This document shows, piece by piece, positions 29,721-38,226 of a stretch of DNA of 64,000 nt (position 1 is the stretch's first letter; each line of letters opens with the position of its first letter). The notes beneath the pieces were generated by a model that made no database searches, had not been told where the DNA came from, and worked only from the letters and a program-made list of their open reading frames with translations. Where the stretch lies: NCBI GenBank assembly GCA_017617065.1, contig JAFZWP010000013.1, positions 89,808 through 153,807 of the forward strand, given 5' to 3'. Source of the DNA: Bacilli bacterium. GTDB lineage: Bacteria; Bacillota_I; Bacilli_A; ML615J-28; CAG-698. The translations under genes and the position numbers were made by a program.

Positions 29721-31373
29721 TTATTTATTTAATAATTCTTGAATAAATGCTACTAATTTATTGGCAATTACTTGATGGTTAGCTGCACTTGGATGTGAGT
29801 TGTATCCCATACCATCACCAATAATCTTAATTGATGCTAAGCTTGGATTCTTAACTTGAGCAGCTGCTACGATACTTTCTGTAGCTGTAAAGATATTGTT
29901 TTCATTCATCAAACCATATAAAACAATAATTTGCGCATCTGGATATATTTCATGAAGATAATCTAAGAATGCAATATATTTCTTTTGGAAAGTATTCATT
30001 CTTGCATCTTTTTCAGTTGCGCTTGAACCAGCATTAATATATGACCAGTCGTTAGTTCCAAGGTTAACAACGATTACATCTGGAATAAATCTAGCAGCAT
30101 TCCATTTTTCTGCTTCTACTTTATTCTTATAACTACTAAAGTCTGTATATTCATAAGCTTCAGGAACGTTAATTGTGTTAGGTGATGTCCATTGACTAAA
30201 TGCGCATCCCCAACCACTAGCAGAGAATATATTAACATCCGCATTCATTGCTTGAGCAGTTAAGAAAGCAAATCCTTTTAAGGCATCAGAGTTTTCAGTA
30301 GTTTTACCGCTGCTACTTGGACTTCCTAAGTTACCATAACCAGTTGATGAAGATGCAGCGATAAATTCAAACTTAAGTGGTTTGTTTTCAATCTTTTGAA
30401 TAAACATGCCATCAGTTCTAATTGATGTAACACCAATATGTGAATCAATTGATTCGCTACGTTTATATAAAGCAACTTTATGTTCTAATGCATCTGTATT
30501 TCCACTAACTAAAGCGATATCTTGAGTTGCTTTATCTAAGAATAATGTCTTAGCATTTTTGAAATCATCATCAACTACTATAACGATGCAAGGTCTAGCA
30601 CTTGCACTTAGGTAGTTTGTGGCTGTGATTGTAGCGATTACTTCGCTACCTTTGAAGAATAATTCAAAGCCACTAGCCGAATGGTAAACTTTATTGACTT
30701 TGTTTTCCTCATCATAATAAGTTCTACCCATCCATTTAATATATCCGCCACTTACTAAATCTCTTTCTTTAAATTCCATAACTTGTCCTACTTTAGTATA
30801 TTCAATAGGTTCAGAATAATCTGAATCTACATAGCCAGCTTTAGTAGCTTTAGCTTTAATACTAACTTGATAAGTTCCTTCTGGAAGTACAAGTTCAGCT
30901 ACAGCCATACCAGCTTCAGCTTCTCTTTCAATAACAGTTTCGCCATTTACAAATCTTAAAATATATTGATCTGTGGCAGCAACCATATTGAAGAATACAT
31001 ATCCACCTTCTAGTGTTAGTCCACTAGGAGTAGCAATTTTATTTACTTTACTGTAAGTGATAGCATCACTCCAGTCAGATTCATTTCCATTAGCGCCAAC
31101 TGCTTTAACACGTAAGCTATAATTACCAGCGCTTAAATTAAGTACGCTAACATTATCACCAGGGTTAACTGACACAGTTTTGCTTGTTCCATTTTCTGGT
31201 GTAACTTCACAAACATAACTGTTAGCGTTTTCATTTCCTTCAAATATTAAAATTTCATTTTCGATCTTTAAGCCAGTAGGTGCATCAATTGTTACTTCAA
31301 CAACTTCTCCACAACCTACTAAAACAAACATAAAAACAACTAAAAAAAGCTTTAAAAATAAATGTTTTTTCAT
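29721..31373 (-). CDS. CE2-type SGNH acetyl esterase lipoprotein with two FN3-like domains
   Basis: Lipobox VLVGC; CE2 N-domain (WMGRT, KRSE); SGNH blocks AASSSTGYG, SASGWG, NLGTND, SHP. Confidence 0.78.
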   Translation of the reverse strand: MKKHLFLKLFLVVFMFVLVGCGEVVEVTIDAPTGLKIENEILIFEGNENANSYVCEVTPENGTSKTVSVNPGDNVSVLNLSAGNYSLRVKAVGANGNESDWSDAITYSKVNKIATPSGLTLEGGYVFFNMVAATDQYILRFVNGETVIEREAEAGMAVAELVLPEGTYQVSIKAKATKAGYVDSDYSEPIEYTKVGQVMEFKERDLVSGGYIKWMGRTYYDEENKVNKVYHSASGFELFFKGSEVIATITATNYLSASARPCIVIVVDDDFKNAKTLFLDKATQDIALVSGNTDALEHKVALYKRSESIDSHIGVTSIRTDGMFIQKIENKPLKFEFIAASSSTGYGNLGSPSSSGKTTENSDALKGFAFLTAQAMNADVNIFSASGWGCAFSQWTSPNTINVPEAYEYTDFSSYKNKVEAEKWNAARFIPDVIVVNLGTNDWSYINAGSSATEKDARMNTFQKKYIAFLDYLHEIYPDAQIIVLYGLMNENNIFTATESIVAAAQVKNPSLASIKIIGDGMGYNSHPSAANHQVIANKLVAFIQELLNK

Positions 31374-31402
31374 ATAGATACCTCACCTTAGTTAACATTT
31401 AG

Positions 31403-31446
31403 TTTATCGGTTAATTTATGTTAACACGATAAGCAAAATAAGTCAA
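31403..31446 (-). promoter_or_regulatory. Sigma70 promoter of the mannan locus with candidate LacI operator
   Basis: TTGACT-N17-TAACAT with TG extension. Imperfect CG-centred palindrome ATTAACCGATAAAC lies just downstream of the -10, and TGTTAAC occurs twice. Confidence 0.55.
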
Positions 31447-31509
31447 CTTTTATAGCGAAAAATATCTATAATTTTCTCTTTTTTCCATTAATTATTTTTA
31501 TTTTTTGAA

Positions 31510-31538
31510 AAATAAAAAGGGTATAAAATTTATACCCT
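31510..31538 (-). terminator. Rho-independent terminator after the LMW-PTP gene
   Basis: AGGGTATAAA/TTTATACCCT inverted repeat followed by a T-rich run on the minus strand. Confidence 0.7.
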
Positions 31539-31980
31539 AAAATTTACTATTTATGTATTCAATTAATGCCTTACAGCCTAGTACTAAATCATTAAAACAT
31601 TCTTCAAATCTTCGTGAATACCATGGATCTATTACATCTCTATAAATTCCTGCAAACTCTAATAATTTATGAATCTTTTCTGAATTATGAAAATAATGAT
31701 TTAAATCTATGATATTTTCTTCATCCATTCCAATGATTAAATCAAAGTTTTCAATATCTTCTTTTTTAATATGACGAGCATTGTGTCTAGTAAATGGAAT
31801 AGAATGTTTATTTAAAGTATTCTTAGCTTCATAATAAATATCATTACCAATCTCTTCGTAAGATGTGGCAGCAGAATCTATTAAATAATCACTACTATTA
31901 TTAGTGAGATACTTCATGATGTATTCAGCCATCACGCTTCTACAGATATTACCGTGGCATACAAATAATATTCGTTTCAT
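31537..31980 (-). CDS. Low molecular weight protein-tyrosine phosphatase
   Basis: P-loop FVCHGNICRS and DPWY. Confidence 0.93.
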   Translation of the reverse strand: MKRILFVCHGNICRSVMAEYIMKYLTNNSSDYLIDSAATSYEEIGNDIYYEAKNTLNKHSIPFTRHNARHIKKEDIENFDLIIGMDEENIIDLNHYFHNSEKIHKLLEFAGIYRDVIDPWYSRRFEECFNDLVLGCKALIEYINSKF

Positions 31981-31982
31981 GA

Positions 31983-33155
31983 TTATTTCCTATTATTAAG
32001 ACAGGCAGCAATTCTTCCAAAGGCTTCCATTACAACTTTTTTTGGGGAAGCAATGCAAAATCTTTGGAATTGATCATTATCATCAAAGTGACTTCCAGAC
32101 TGAGCAATTACGCGAGCTTCTTTATAAATAATATTATGAAGTTCATCATCACTAAATCCATATTTAGAAAAATCAATCCACAATATATAAGTCCCCTCTG
32201 GTTCCTTAACAATCGCCTTATCCATATTAGTATGAATGAATTCTACCACTTCTTTTATTTCTATATCTAAGTATTGGTTTAATTCATCTACCCAGCTAGC
32301 CGATTCATTATAAGCAGCAATTGTAGCTGCTATTTCGAATGGTGAAGCACTACTAAAATAACCATCATATAATTTGTTTAGTTTTTCTTCTTTAATAATA
32401 AAGTAAGTAGATGCTAAGCCTGCTAAATTAAATGTTTTATTAATACCATTACATGTAATTATTCCTCTTGGTCCAACTACTTTAACTAATGGTTTAAAGC
32501 ATTTATCACTTCTTACGATATCACCATGTACTTCATCACTAATGATAACTACATGATAAAACCTACAAATATAAGCCATTTTAATTAAGTCTTCATCGCT
32601 AAATATTTTACCTGATGGGTTATGCGGATTACAAAGTACAAATGCTTTTGATACTTTACACGCTTCCTCAAATTCAATAAAATCAATGGAATAATTACCA
32701 TTATTATTTAACATTTTAACCCCAAGTAGTTTTCTTCCAATCCCATCAATATCACGGTGATATGAATAACTTGGAAGTAATACCATGATATTATCCCCAA
32801 CATTACTTACTCGACTAACCGCTTCTTCAATAGCTTTATGAGTACCATGTGAATGATATATTTTATAATCACTAATATCTAGGCCGTATCTATTTAAATA
32901 CCAATTATTAATAGCATCATAATAGTCTTTGTTAGGCATTGAATAACCATATATGCCATGTTTTGTTACTTCTTCAATCGCTTTTTTTATTGCTGGTGCA
33001 CACCTAAAATCCATATCAGCCACATGTAAGGCAATTCTATCATTAGGTATTTCATCTTCCCCAAAGCAAGCAAGGGCAAAGCCCTCCTTTGCCCACTTAC
33101 TTGAATAACTACCTTTTGAATTTTGGCGATCAATTATTTCATCAAAATTATACAT
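31983..33155 (-). CDS. MalY/PatB family PLP-dependent cystathionine beta-lyase/aminotransferase
   Basis: VADMDF, HGIYGY, LCNPHNPSG, ISDEVH, NKTFNLAGL, PEGTYILWIDF. Confidence 0.9.
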   Translation of the reverse strand: MYNFDEIIDRQNSKGSYSSKWAKEGFALACFGEDEIPNDRIALHVADMDFRCAPAIKKAIEEVTKHGIYGYSMPNKDYYDAINNWYLNRYGLDISDYKIYHSHGTHKAIEEAVSRVSNVGDNIMVLLPSYSYHRDIDGIGRKLLGVKMLNNNGNYSIDFIEFEEACKVSKAFVLCNPHNPSGKIFSDEDLIKMAYICRFYHVVIISDEVHGDIVRSDKCFKPLVKVVGPRGIITCNGINKTFNLAGLASTYFIIKEEKLNKLYDGYFSSASPFEIAATIAAYNESASWVDELNQYLDIEIKEVVEFIHTNMDKAIVKEPEGTYILWIDFSKYGFSDDELHNIIYKEARVIAQSGSHFDDNDQFQRFCIASPKKVVMEAFGRIAACLNNRK

Positions 33156-33169
33156 TTTAATATCCTTTA

Positions 33170-36049
33170 TTATTTAAATAAATTCTTAGTTAATTTGAAT
33201 AATTCTTTATTTTCTTCAACCTTATTTTCATTACCAATTGTGCATATTCCACTATTTCTTAGAGCTTCTTCAAATAAAGGTTTAAGAGCTTTAATGTCTT
33301 CAACTTTACAATTAATCATTTGTGCTCTTTCTTCTAATACTTTCTTACTATCCACATTAGTTAAATATGCTATCATTGCCACATCGCCTTTTTTCTTTGG
33401 TGGAAGCGGCGTATCAATATCCCCAAAAGTACCAATAATATAACCAGTTATATCACCATTTATACTATCAATATATTCAGGAATCTTCTTAAATACTTCA
33501 TAAGTTTCAGCTAGTTTTGGATCTCTATATGAGCCAAGCATTATATCGCCATCACGAGTGAAGTTACAATTAAATCCATAAGCTCCACCTAATACTCTTA
33601 TTTGCATCCATAAATAATCAAATTTTAAAGCAGTACCTAATACTCTTAAAGCAGGATTATATTTAGATACTTTATTATAGTTACCTGCTAAGCATGCAAA
33701 TTGAACTGTGGAACTAGTTTTGAAACCTTCATTTTGATAATCAGGTACAAAACTAAATTTACCTTCTTCATATGCATCAGTATATAAATCATCATCAAAT
33801 TTCTTAACTAATGCTTCATCAATTCTAGAAGGATTAGTATATGAATAAATCAAATTCTCTTTTCTAAAAATAATATTAGTTAATTTTTCTAAATTAGCTT
33901 TTAATTCTTCATATTTATTATCAAAATCAGCTTCTAATTCTTCAATAAATTTGTATTGATCAATACCTGATATTAATTCATTATATTTAGCAGCTTTCTT
34001 ATAATAACTTAGAGCTCTATTCATACCAAAGCTCATTCCGCCACCTGATAAAGCCATTTGACCACGTGATTTATCTTTAGCTACAATTTCATATAAACGC
34101 TTCTTATCATCAAATTTAGATGTTTTGATGATTTCTTTTACTATATCAAAAGCAAAATCTACTTTAGATTCTAATACTCTTACATCTACTGTTAAGTAAG
34201 GTAAGCAATCATCATCTTTTGTATAAGCAGTAGCAGCAAAACTAATACCACCAGTATTAATTAATACTTCATTTGATAGTTCAGAATAATTATATTGGTT
34301 TGTGGATACAGAACCTAATACACTAGTAAGTAACCCAACATAAGGAAGCAAGTCATTACCAACTTTAGAAAAATCAAACATAAGAGTTAAATAATCAATA
34401 CCATTAGTAAATAGGTCATGTCTAACTAGTTTAACACCATCTATATCATAAATATCGTTCTTAACTTCATCTAAATCTTTCTTAATATCATCAATTGTAA
34501 GTTTAGGAAGTTTTGCTAAATCTTCTGGTTTATCTTGAGCTGCTTGATATTCTTTTAATGCTTTAGTATCTAAAACTAATTTATTGATTTCATCTTCTGT
34601 TAAACTTGCTTTAAATTTAGCTAGCTTTTCAACTACTTTTGCTTCTTGTTCTTCGCCTAAAGAGTTAGATGGTTCACAAGTAACATATGCTATATGTTTA
34701 TTATTTAATAAATATTTTTGGATAACTTTTTCAAAATAATCACCATTTGCATCATTTCTTAACTCTTTAAATATTTTATCAGTTAATAATCTATTGAATG
34801 GATCATTTTCATCATATAGCCAAGTCTCTAAAGTATTAATAGCATACATTAATCCTTTTGGCGCACCACCAAAATCAGCTTCTCTAGTTTTGAATTCATA
34901 GAAGTTTATAGCAGCAAGTAATGATTTCTTATCAATACCTTCCTTAACTATTTTAATTAGATTATCATTAATTATTTTACCAAACTCTTCTACTTTACCA
35001 CTCTTTGCATCTTTTACTTCAATTGAAAATGCCGGCTGTAACAATCCTGATTCGTATGAAGACATAACATCTTTACAAATGCCACTATCAAGTAATGCTT
35101 GTTTTAATGGTGCTCCTGGCATATCAAGTAATGCATAGTTGATAATGCTAAAGGCCATGGCAAGTTTTGAATCTTTGTTTTCCCCAATTAAGGCATTATA
35201 TGAATAAAATGTTTTATCATCTAGTGATTCTTCTTTACCTACTGGATAATAATATTTTTCATATCTTGGCTTATCGAATGGTTTTTGTAGTTTAATTTCA
35301 CTATTAACTTCAATCTTATTAAATTTAGATAAGTATTCTTTATCTAACCAATCTAACTTCTCATCCATATTCATATTTCCATATAAACAAATATATGAAT
35401 TAGCAGGATGATAATATTTAGAATGGAAATTCTTGAAGTTTTCATAAGTTAAATCAGGAATGAATTCTGGATCACCACCAGATTCAACTCCATATGTAGT
35501 ATCAGGAAATAGTGCATGCATACTAGAGCGGTATAGAACTTGTTCAGGCGAAGAGAATGCACCTTTCATTTCGTTATATACTACGCCATTATATGTAATA
35601 GGGCTATCTTTATCTTCTAATTCATAATGCCAACCTTCTTGTTTGAAGATCTCTTCATGAATGTATACATTAGGGTAGAATACTGCATCCATATATACTT
35701 CCATTAAATTAGCAAAATCTTTATCATTACATGAAGCAACAGGATAAAGAGTTTTATCAGGAAATGTAATGGCATTTAAAAATGTATTTAAAGAACTCTT
35801 TAATAATTCCACAAACGGATCTTTAACTGGGAATTTCTTAGATCCACAAAGTGTAGAGTGTTCTAAGATATGAGGTACACCAGTGTCATCAGTAGGTGGT
35901 GTTCTAAATCCAATTTGGAACACTTTGTTTTCATCATCGTTAGATAGTAATAGTATTCTTGCTCCACTCTTATTATGCTTAAGTAATGTGGCAGTAGAGT
36001 GAATTTCCTCAATAAACATTTCTTTAATTATTTCATAATTATTATTCAT
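33170..36049 (-). CDS. M16C (insulinase/presequence protease-like) zinc metallopeptidase
   Basis: HILEH zinc motif, FLNAITFPDKT, GVVYNEMKG, IRVLGGAYG, SYRDP. GGAGG RBS before the ATG at 36049 (ORF track 36061). Confidence 0.92.
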   Translation of the reverse strand: MNNNYEIIKEMFIEEIHSTATLLKHNKSGARILLLSNDDENKVFQIGFRTPPTDDTGVPHILEHSTLCGSKKFPVKDPFVELLKSSLNTFLNAITFPDKTLYPVASCNDKDFANLMEVYMDAVFYPNVYIHEEIFKQEGWHYELEDKDSPITYNGVVYNEMKGAFSSPEQVLYRSSMHALFPDTTYGVESGGDPEFIPDLTYENFKNFHSKYYHPANSYICLYGNMNMDEKLDWLDKEYLSKFNKIEVNSEIKLQKPFDKPRYEKYYYPVGKEESLDDKTFYSYNALIGENKDSKLAMAFSIINYALLDMPGAPLKQALLDSGICKDVMSSYESGLLQPAFSIEVKDAKSGKVEEFGKIINDNLIKIVKEGIDKKSLLAAINFYEFKTREADFGGAPKGLMYAINTLETWLYDENDPFNRLLTDKIFKELRNDANGDYFEKVIQKYLLNNKHIAYVTCEPSNSLGEEQEAKVVEKLAKFKASLTEDEINKLVLDTKALKEYQAAQDKPEDLAKLPKLTIDDIKKDLDEVKNDIYDIDGVKLVRHDLFTNGIDYLTLMFDFSKVGNDLLPYVGLLTSVLGSVSTNQYNYSELSNEVLINTGGISFAATAYTKDDDCLPYLTVDVRVLESKVDFAFDIVKEIIKTSKFDDKKRLYEIVAKDKSRGQMALSGGGMSFGMNRALSYYKKAAKYNELISGIDQYKFIEELEADFDNKYEELKANLEKLTNIIFRKENLIYSYTNPSRIDEALVKKFDDDLYTDAYEEGKFSFVPDYQNEGFKTSSTVQFACLAGNYNKVSKYNPALRVLGTALKFDYLWMQIRVLGGAYGFNCNFTRDGDIMLGSYRDPKLAETYEVFKKIPEYIDSINGDITGYIIGTFGDIDTPLPPKKKGDVAMIAYLTNVDSKKVLEERAQMINCKVEDIKALKPLFEEALRNSGICTIGNENKVEENKELFKLTKNLFK

Positions 36050-36077
36050 AATAGCCTCCATTTATAATATTTATTAC

Positions 36078-36117
36078 ATTATAACAAAAAAAGTTATAGT
36101 TTCAAACTATAACTCTT
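36078..36117 (-). repeat. Copy 1 of a 40-bp direct repeat: terminator hairpin fused to an extended -10 promoter
   Basis: attataacaaaaaaagttatagtttcaaactataactctt, 38/40 identical to 38183-38222. Confidence 0.85.
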
Positions 36118-36128
36118 CTTTTTCCCAG

Positions 36129-36299
36129 CCCAGAAAGCCGTTAATACGCATGTGAACCATAAAGTTCACAGGGTGGATGTCTCTTGCCTAGTTTCGGGAT
36201 TCTTAAAAGGGGTTTTTAAGCTTTCACTCCTACTACACCTTGACTTCCTAAATATTAATGTTCGGCTCGCAATATAGTATAAACGCGAACTTTCTAGGT
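36129..36299 (-). ncRNA. ssrS: 6S RNA (SsrS)
   Basis: Ends pair (CCTAGAAAGT / GCTTTCTGGG). Firmicute 6S-like blocks GCCGAACAT..TTTAGGAAGTC and GAGACATCCACCCTG..GGTTCA..AACGGC. Flanked by a consensus promoter and a terminator. Confidence 0.85.
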
Positions 36300-36305
36300 A
36301 ATTTC

Positions 36306-36334
36306 ATTATAGAAAATTAGAACCAATTTGTCAA
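36306..36334 (-). promoter_or_regulatory. Consensus sigma70 promoter of 6S RNA
   Basis: TTGACA-N17-TATAAT, a perfect consensus, ending about 6 nt upstream of the predicted RNA 5' end. Confidence 0.88.
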
Positions 36335-36360
36335 CTTTACAGGCTGTTTTTTTTAATAAT

Positions 36361-37458
36361 TTAATCTTTGAATGTGCAACGAATATTTTCAATTTCTTCA
36401 TAGTTTTTGCAGAATGCTTTAACTACATCTTCATCAAATTGCGATCCACTTCCCTTAACAATTTCTTCATATGCTTGCTTTGGCTCCCAAGCATCTTTAT
36501 AACTACGTTTACTAGTTAGGGCATCATATACATCCGCAACCGCTACAATTCTTCCTTCCATACTAATATTAGTAGCACCTAATCCATCAGGATATCCCCT
36601 GCCATCAAATCTTTCATGATGTTCATGAGCTATCCTTTTCGCAAGTATTAATACATCACCATCTACATCACTTAGTAATTTTACTCCATAACCTGGATGC
36701 TTTTTAATTTCCATAAATTCTTCTTCAGTTAACCTAGCTGGCTTTTCTAAAATATCAGTTGGCACTAATAATTTTCCAATATCGTGCATCATTGAAGCAA
36801 GTTTTATCTTTTCAGCATCTTCATCAGAATATCCCATAGCTTTAGCTAATACTTTAGAATATTCAGCAACTCTTTTAACATGTTTACCTGTTTGCTCGCT
36901 CTTGTTTTCAACAACTTCGGCGAATGATACAATCATACTTTCTTGAATATGATTAGTTTCTTCTGCTTTTTTATTTAGATATGCACCATAACTAAATAGA
37001 TGTGATAAGAATAATCCAATTAATAATAAAGTTATTGCAAGTAGTGGATTAACGAAAGCAAATACTAACATTGTAAGTGATAAAACAAATATTGTTTTGG
37101 AATTCTTGTTAGTAAATGGCTGCCCACCTTTTGAAATATCAGCAAATATATTACCTAAGATTGTTAAATAAACAAATAAAACTGCTCGACTTATAATATA
37201 TACAATTGTTCCTAAAACAATTAATACTCTTTCACTAAATATATTGTTTAGTTCTCCGTCTTCCACAATTTTAATTGACCAATCAAAAGACACCATTTCT
37301 TTTGTTTGTTCAATTAATTCTGCGTTATCTACAAACATTGAAGTTATACATAAAGCAGTTACCGCTACACTAGAAATAATTAAAATAATTCTAATTATCT
37401 TACTTATTGTATATAAAACTTTAGCTGTTTTTTGAACTTTTAATCTCGATTCTTCCAT
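36361..37458 (-). CDS. Membrane-anchored HD-GYP domain phosphodiesterase
   Basis: N-terminal TM helices; HVKRV, MHDIGK, HHERFDGRGYP, ADVYDAL motifs. Confidence 0.9.
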   Translation of the reverse strand: MEESRLKVQKTAKVLYTISKIIRIILIISSVAVTALCITSMFVDNAELIEQTKEMVSFDWSIKIVEDGELNNIFSERVLIVLGTIVYIISRAVLFVYLTILGNIFADISKGGQPFTNKNSKTIFVLSLTMLVFAFVNPLLAITLLLIGLFLSHLFSYGAYLNKKAEETNHIQESMIVSFAEVVENKSEQTGKHVKRVAEYSKVLAKAMGYSDEDAEKIKLASMMHDIGKLLVPTDILEKPARLTEEEFMEIKKHPGYGVKLLSDVDGDVLILAKRIAHEHHERFDGRGYPDGLGATNISMEGRIVAVADVYDALTSKRSYKDAWEPKQAYEEIVKGSGSQFDEDVVKAFCKNYEEIENIRCTFKD

Positions 37459-37467
37459 ACTTACCTC

Positions 37468-38166
37468 TTATTTACTTAATATAAATAACCTTCTAGCTTC
37501 TTTATTTTCATTTGGCCAAGCATAATAAACTAGTTTTACATCTTTAAAATATTGCTTAAATAAACTAGACCACTCTTCATCAGTTAGCGAGTTTAGTCTT
37601 AATATGCCATCAATATAAACTAGTGAGTTATCTACTTTACATCCACGCTCTTCCATCAATTTTGGATCAATATAATAATTTAGCGAATAAACTACTTTGG
37701 CATCTTTAGTAGTAATTCTAGCTGACTCTTTAATTATATCTTTTGCCATTTCAAGTGGTATTACATCAATTACATTAGAGCAAAAGAATCCATCATATTT
37801 ATTATCTATTTCTTTACTTAGCCATGCTTCATCAATAGTTTGTGGATTTATGATATTACTTACATTAAATACTTCACTATACAAGCTAACCATTTCTTTA
37901 CAATTACAGGCTACATCAAAAGCATCAATTTGTTTTGCCCCACTTTTAGCCATAATGATTGATGCCCAACCACTTCCGCATCCATAATCTATCACTAGTT
38001 TACAGTCTTTAAATCCTTCTAATACTTCAAATTGTTTTCTAGATGGAGCTAGATCTTTATAATCCGTATCTACATTAATACTAGACTTTAATTCTTTTTT
38101 AGCATTTTCATCTAAATTAAAACTCTTGTTCCAGAAATCTACTAAGTTTAAATAATCTTTATTCAT
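37468..38166 (-). CDS. Class I SAM-dependent methyltransferase
   Basis: VIDYGCGSG motif I; YDGFFCSNVID. Confidence 0.85.
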   Translation of the reverse strand: MNKDYLNLVDFWNKSFNLDENAKKELKSSINVDTDYKDLAPSRKQFEVLEGFKDCKLVIDYGCGSGWASIIMAKSGAKQIDAFDVACNCKEMVSLYSEVFNVSNIINPQTIDEAWLSKEIDNKYDGFFCSNVIDVIPLEMAKDIIKESARITTKDAKVVYSLNYYIDPKLMEERGCKVDNSLVYIDGILRLNSLTDEEWSSLFKQYFKDVKLVYYAWPNENKEARRLFILSK

Positions 38167-38182
38167 ATTGCACCTCTAATAA

Positions 38183-38222
38183 ATTATAACAAAAAGAGTT
38201 ATAGTTTAAAACTATAACTCTT
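38183..38222 (-). repeat. Copy 2 of the 40-bp terminator/promoter direct repeat
   Basis: attataacaaaaagagttatagtttaaaactataactctt. The hairpin has T-runs on both strands. Confidence 0.85.
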
Positions 38223-38226
38223 TTTA

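Noticed and set aside
36129-36299. Riboswitch or T-box leader for the M16 peptidase
   Set aside because: No T-box or riboswitch consensus. End-to-end pairing and conserved blocks fit 6S RNA, and the peptidase has its own extended -10.
36078-38222. CRISPR repeats or integron attC sites
   Set aside because: Only two copies 2.1 kb apart, no cas or integrase genes, and no GTTRRRY/RYYYAAC attC architecture.
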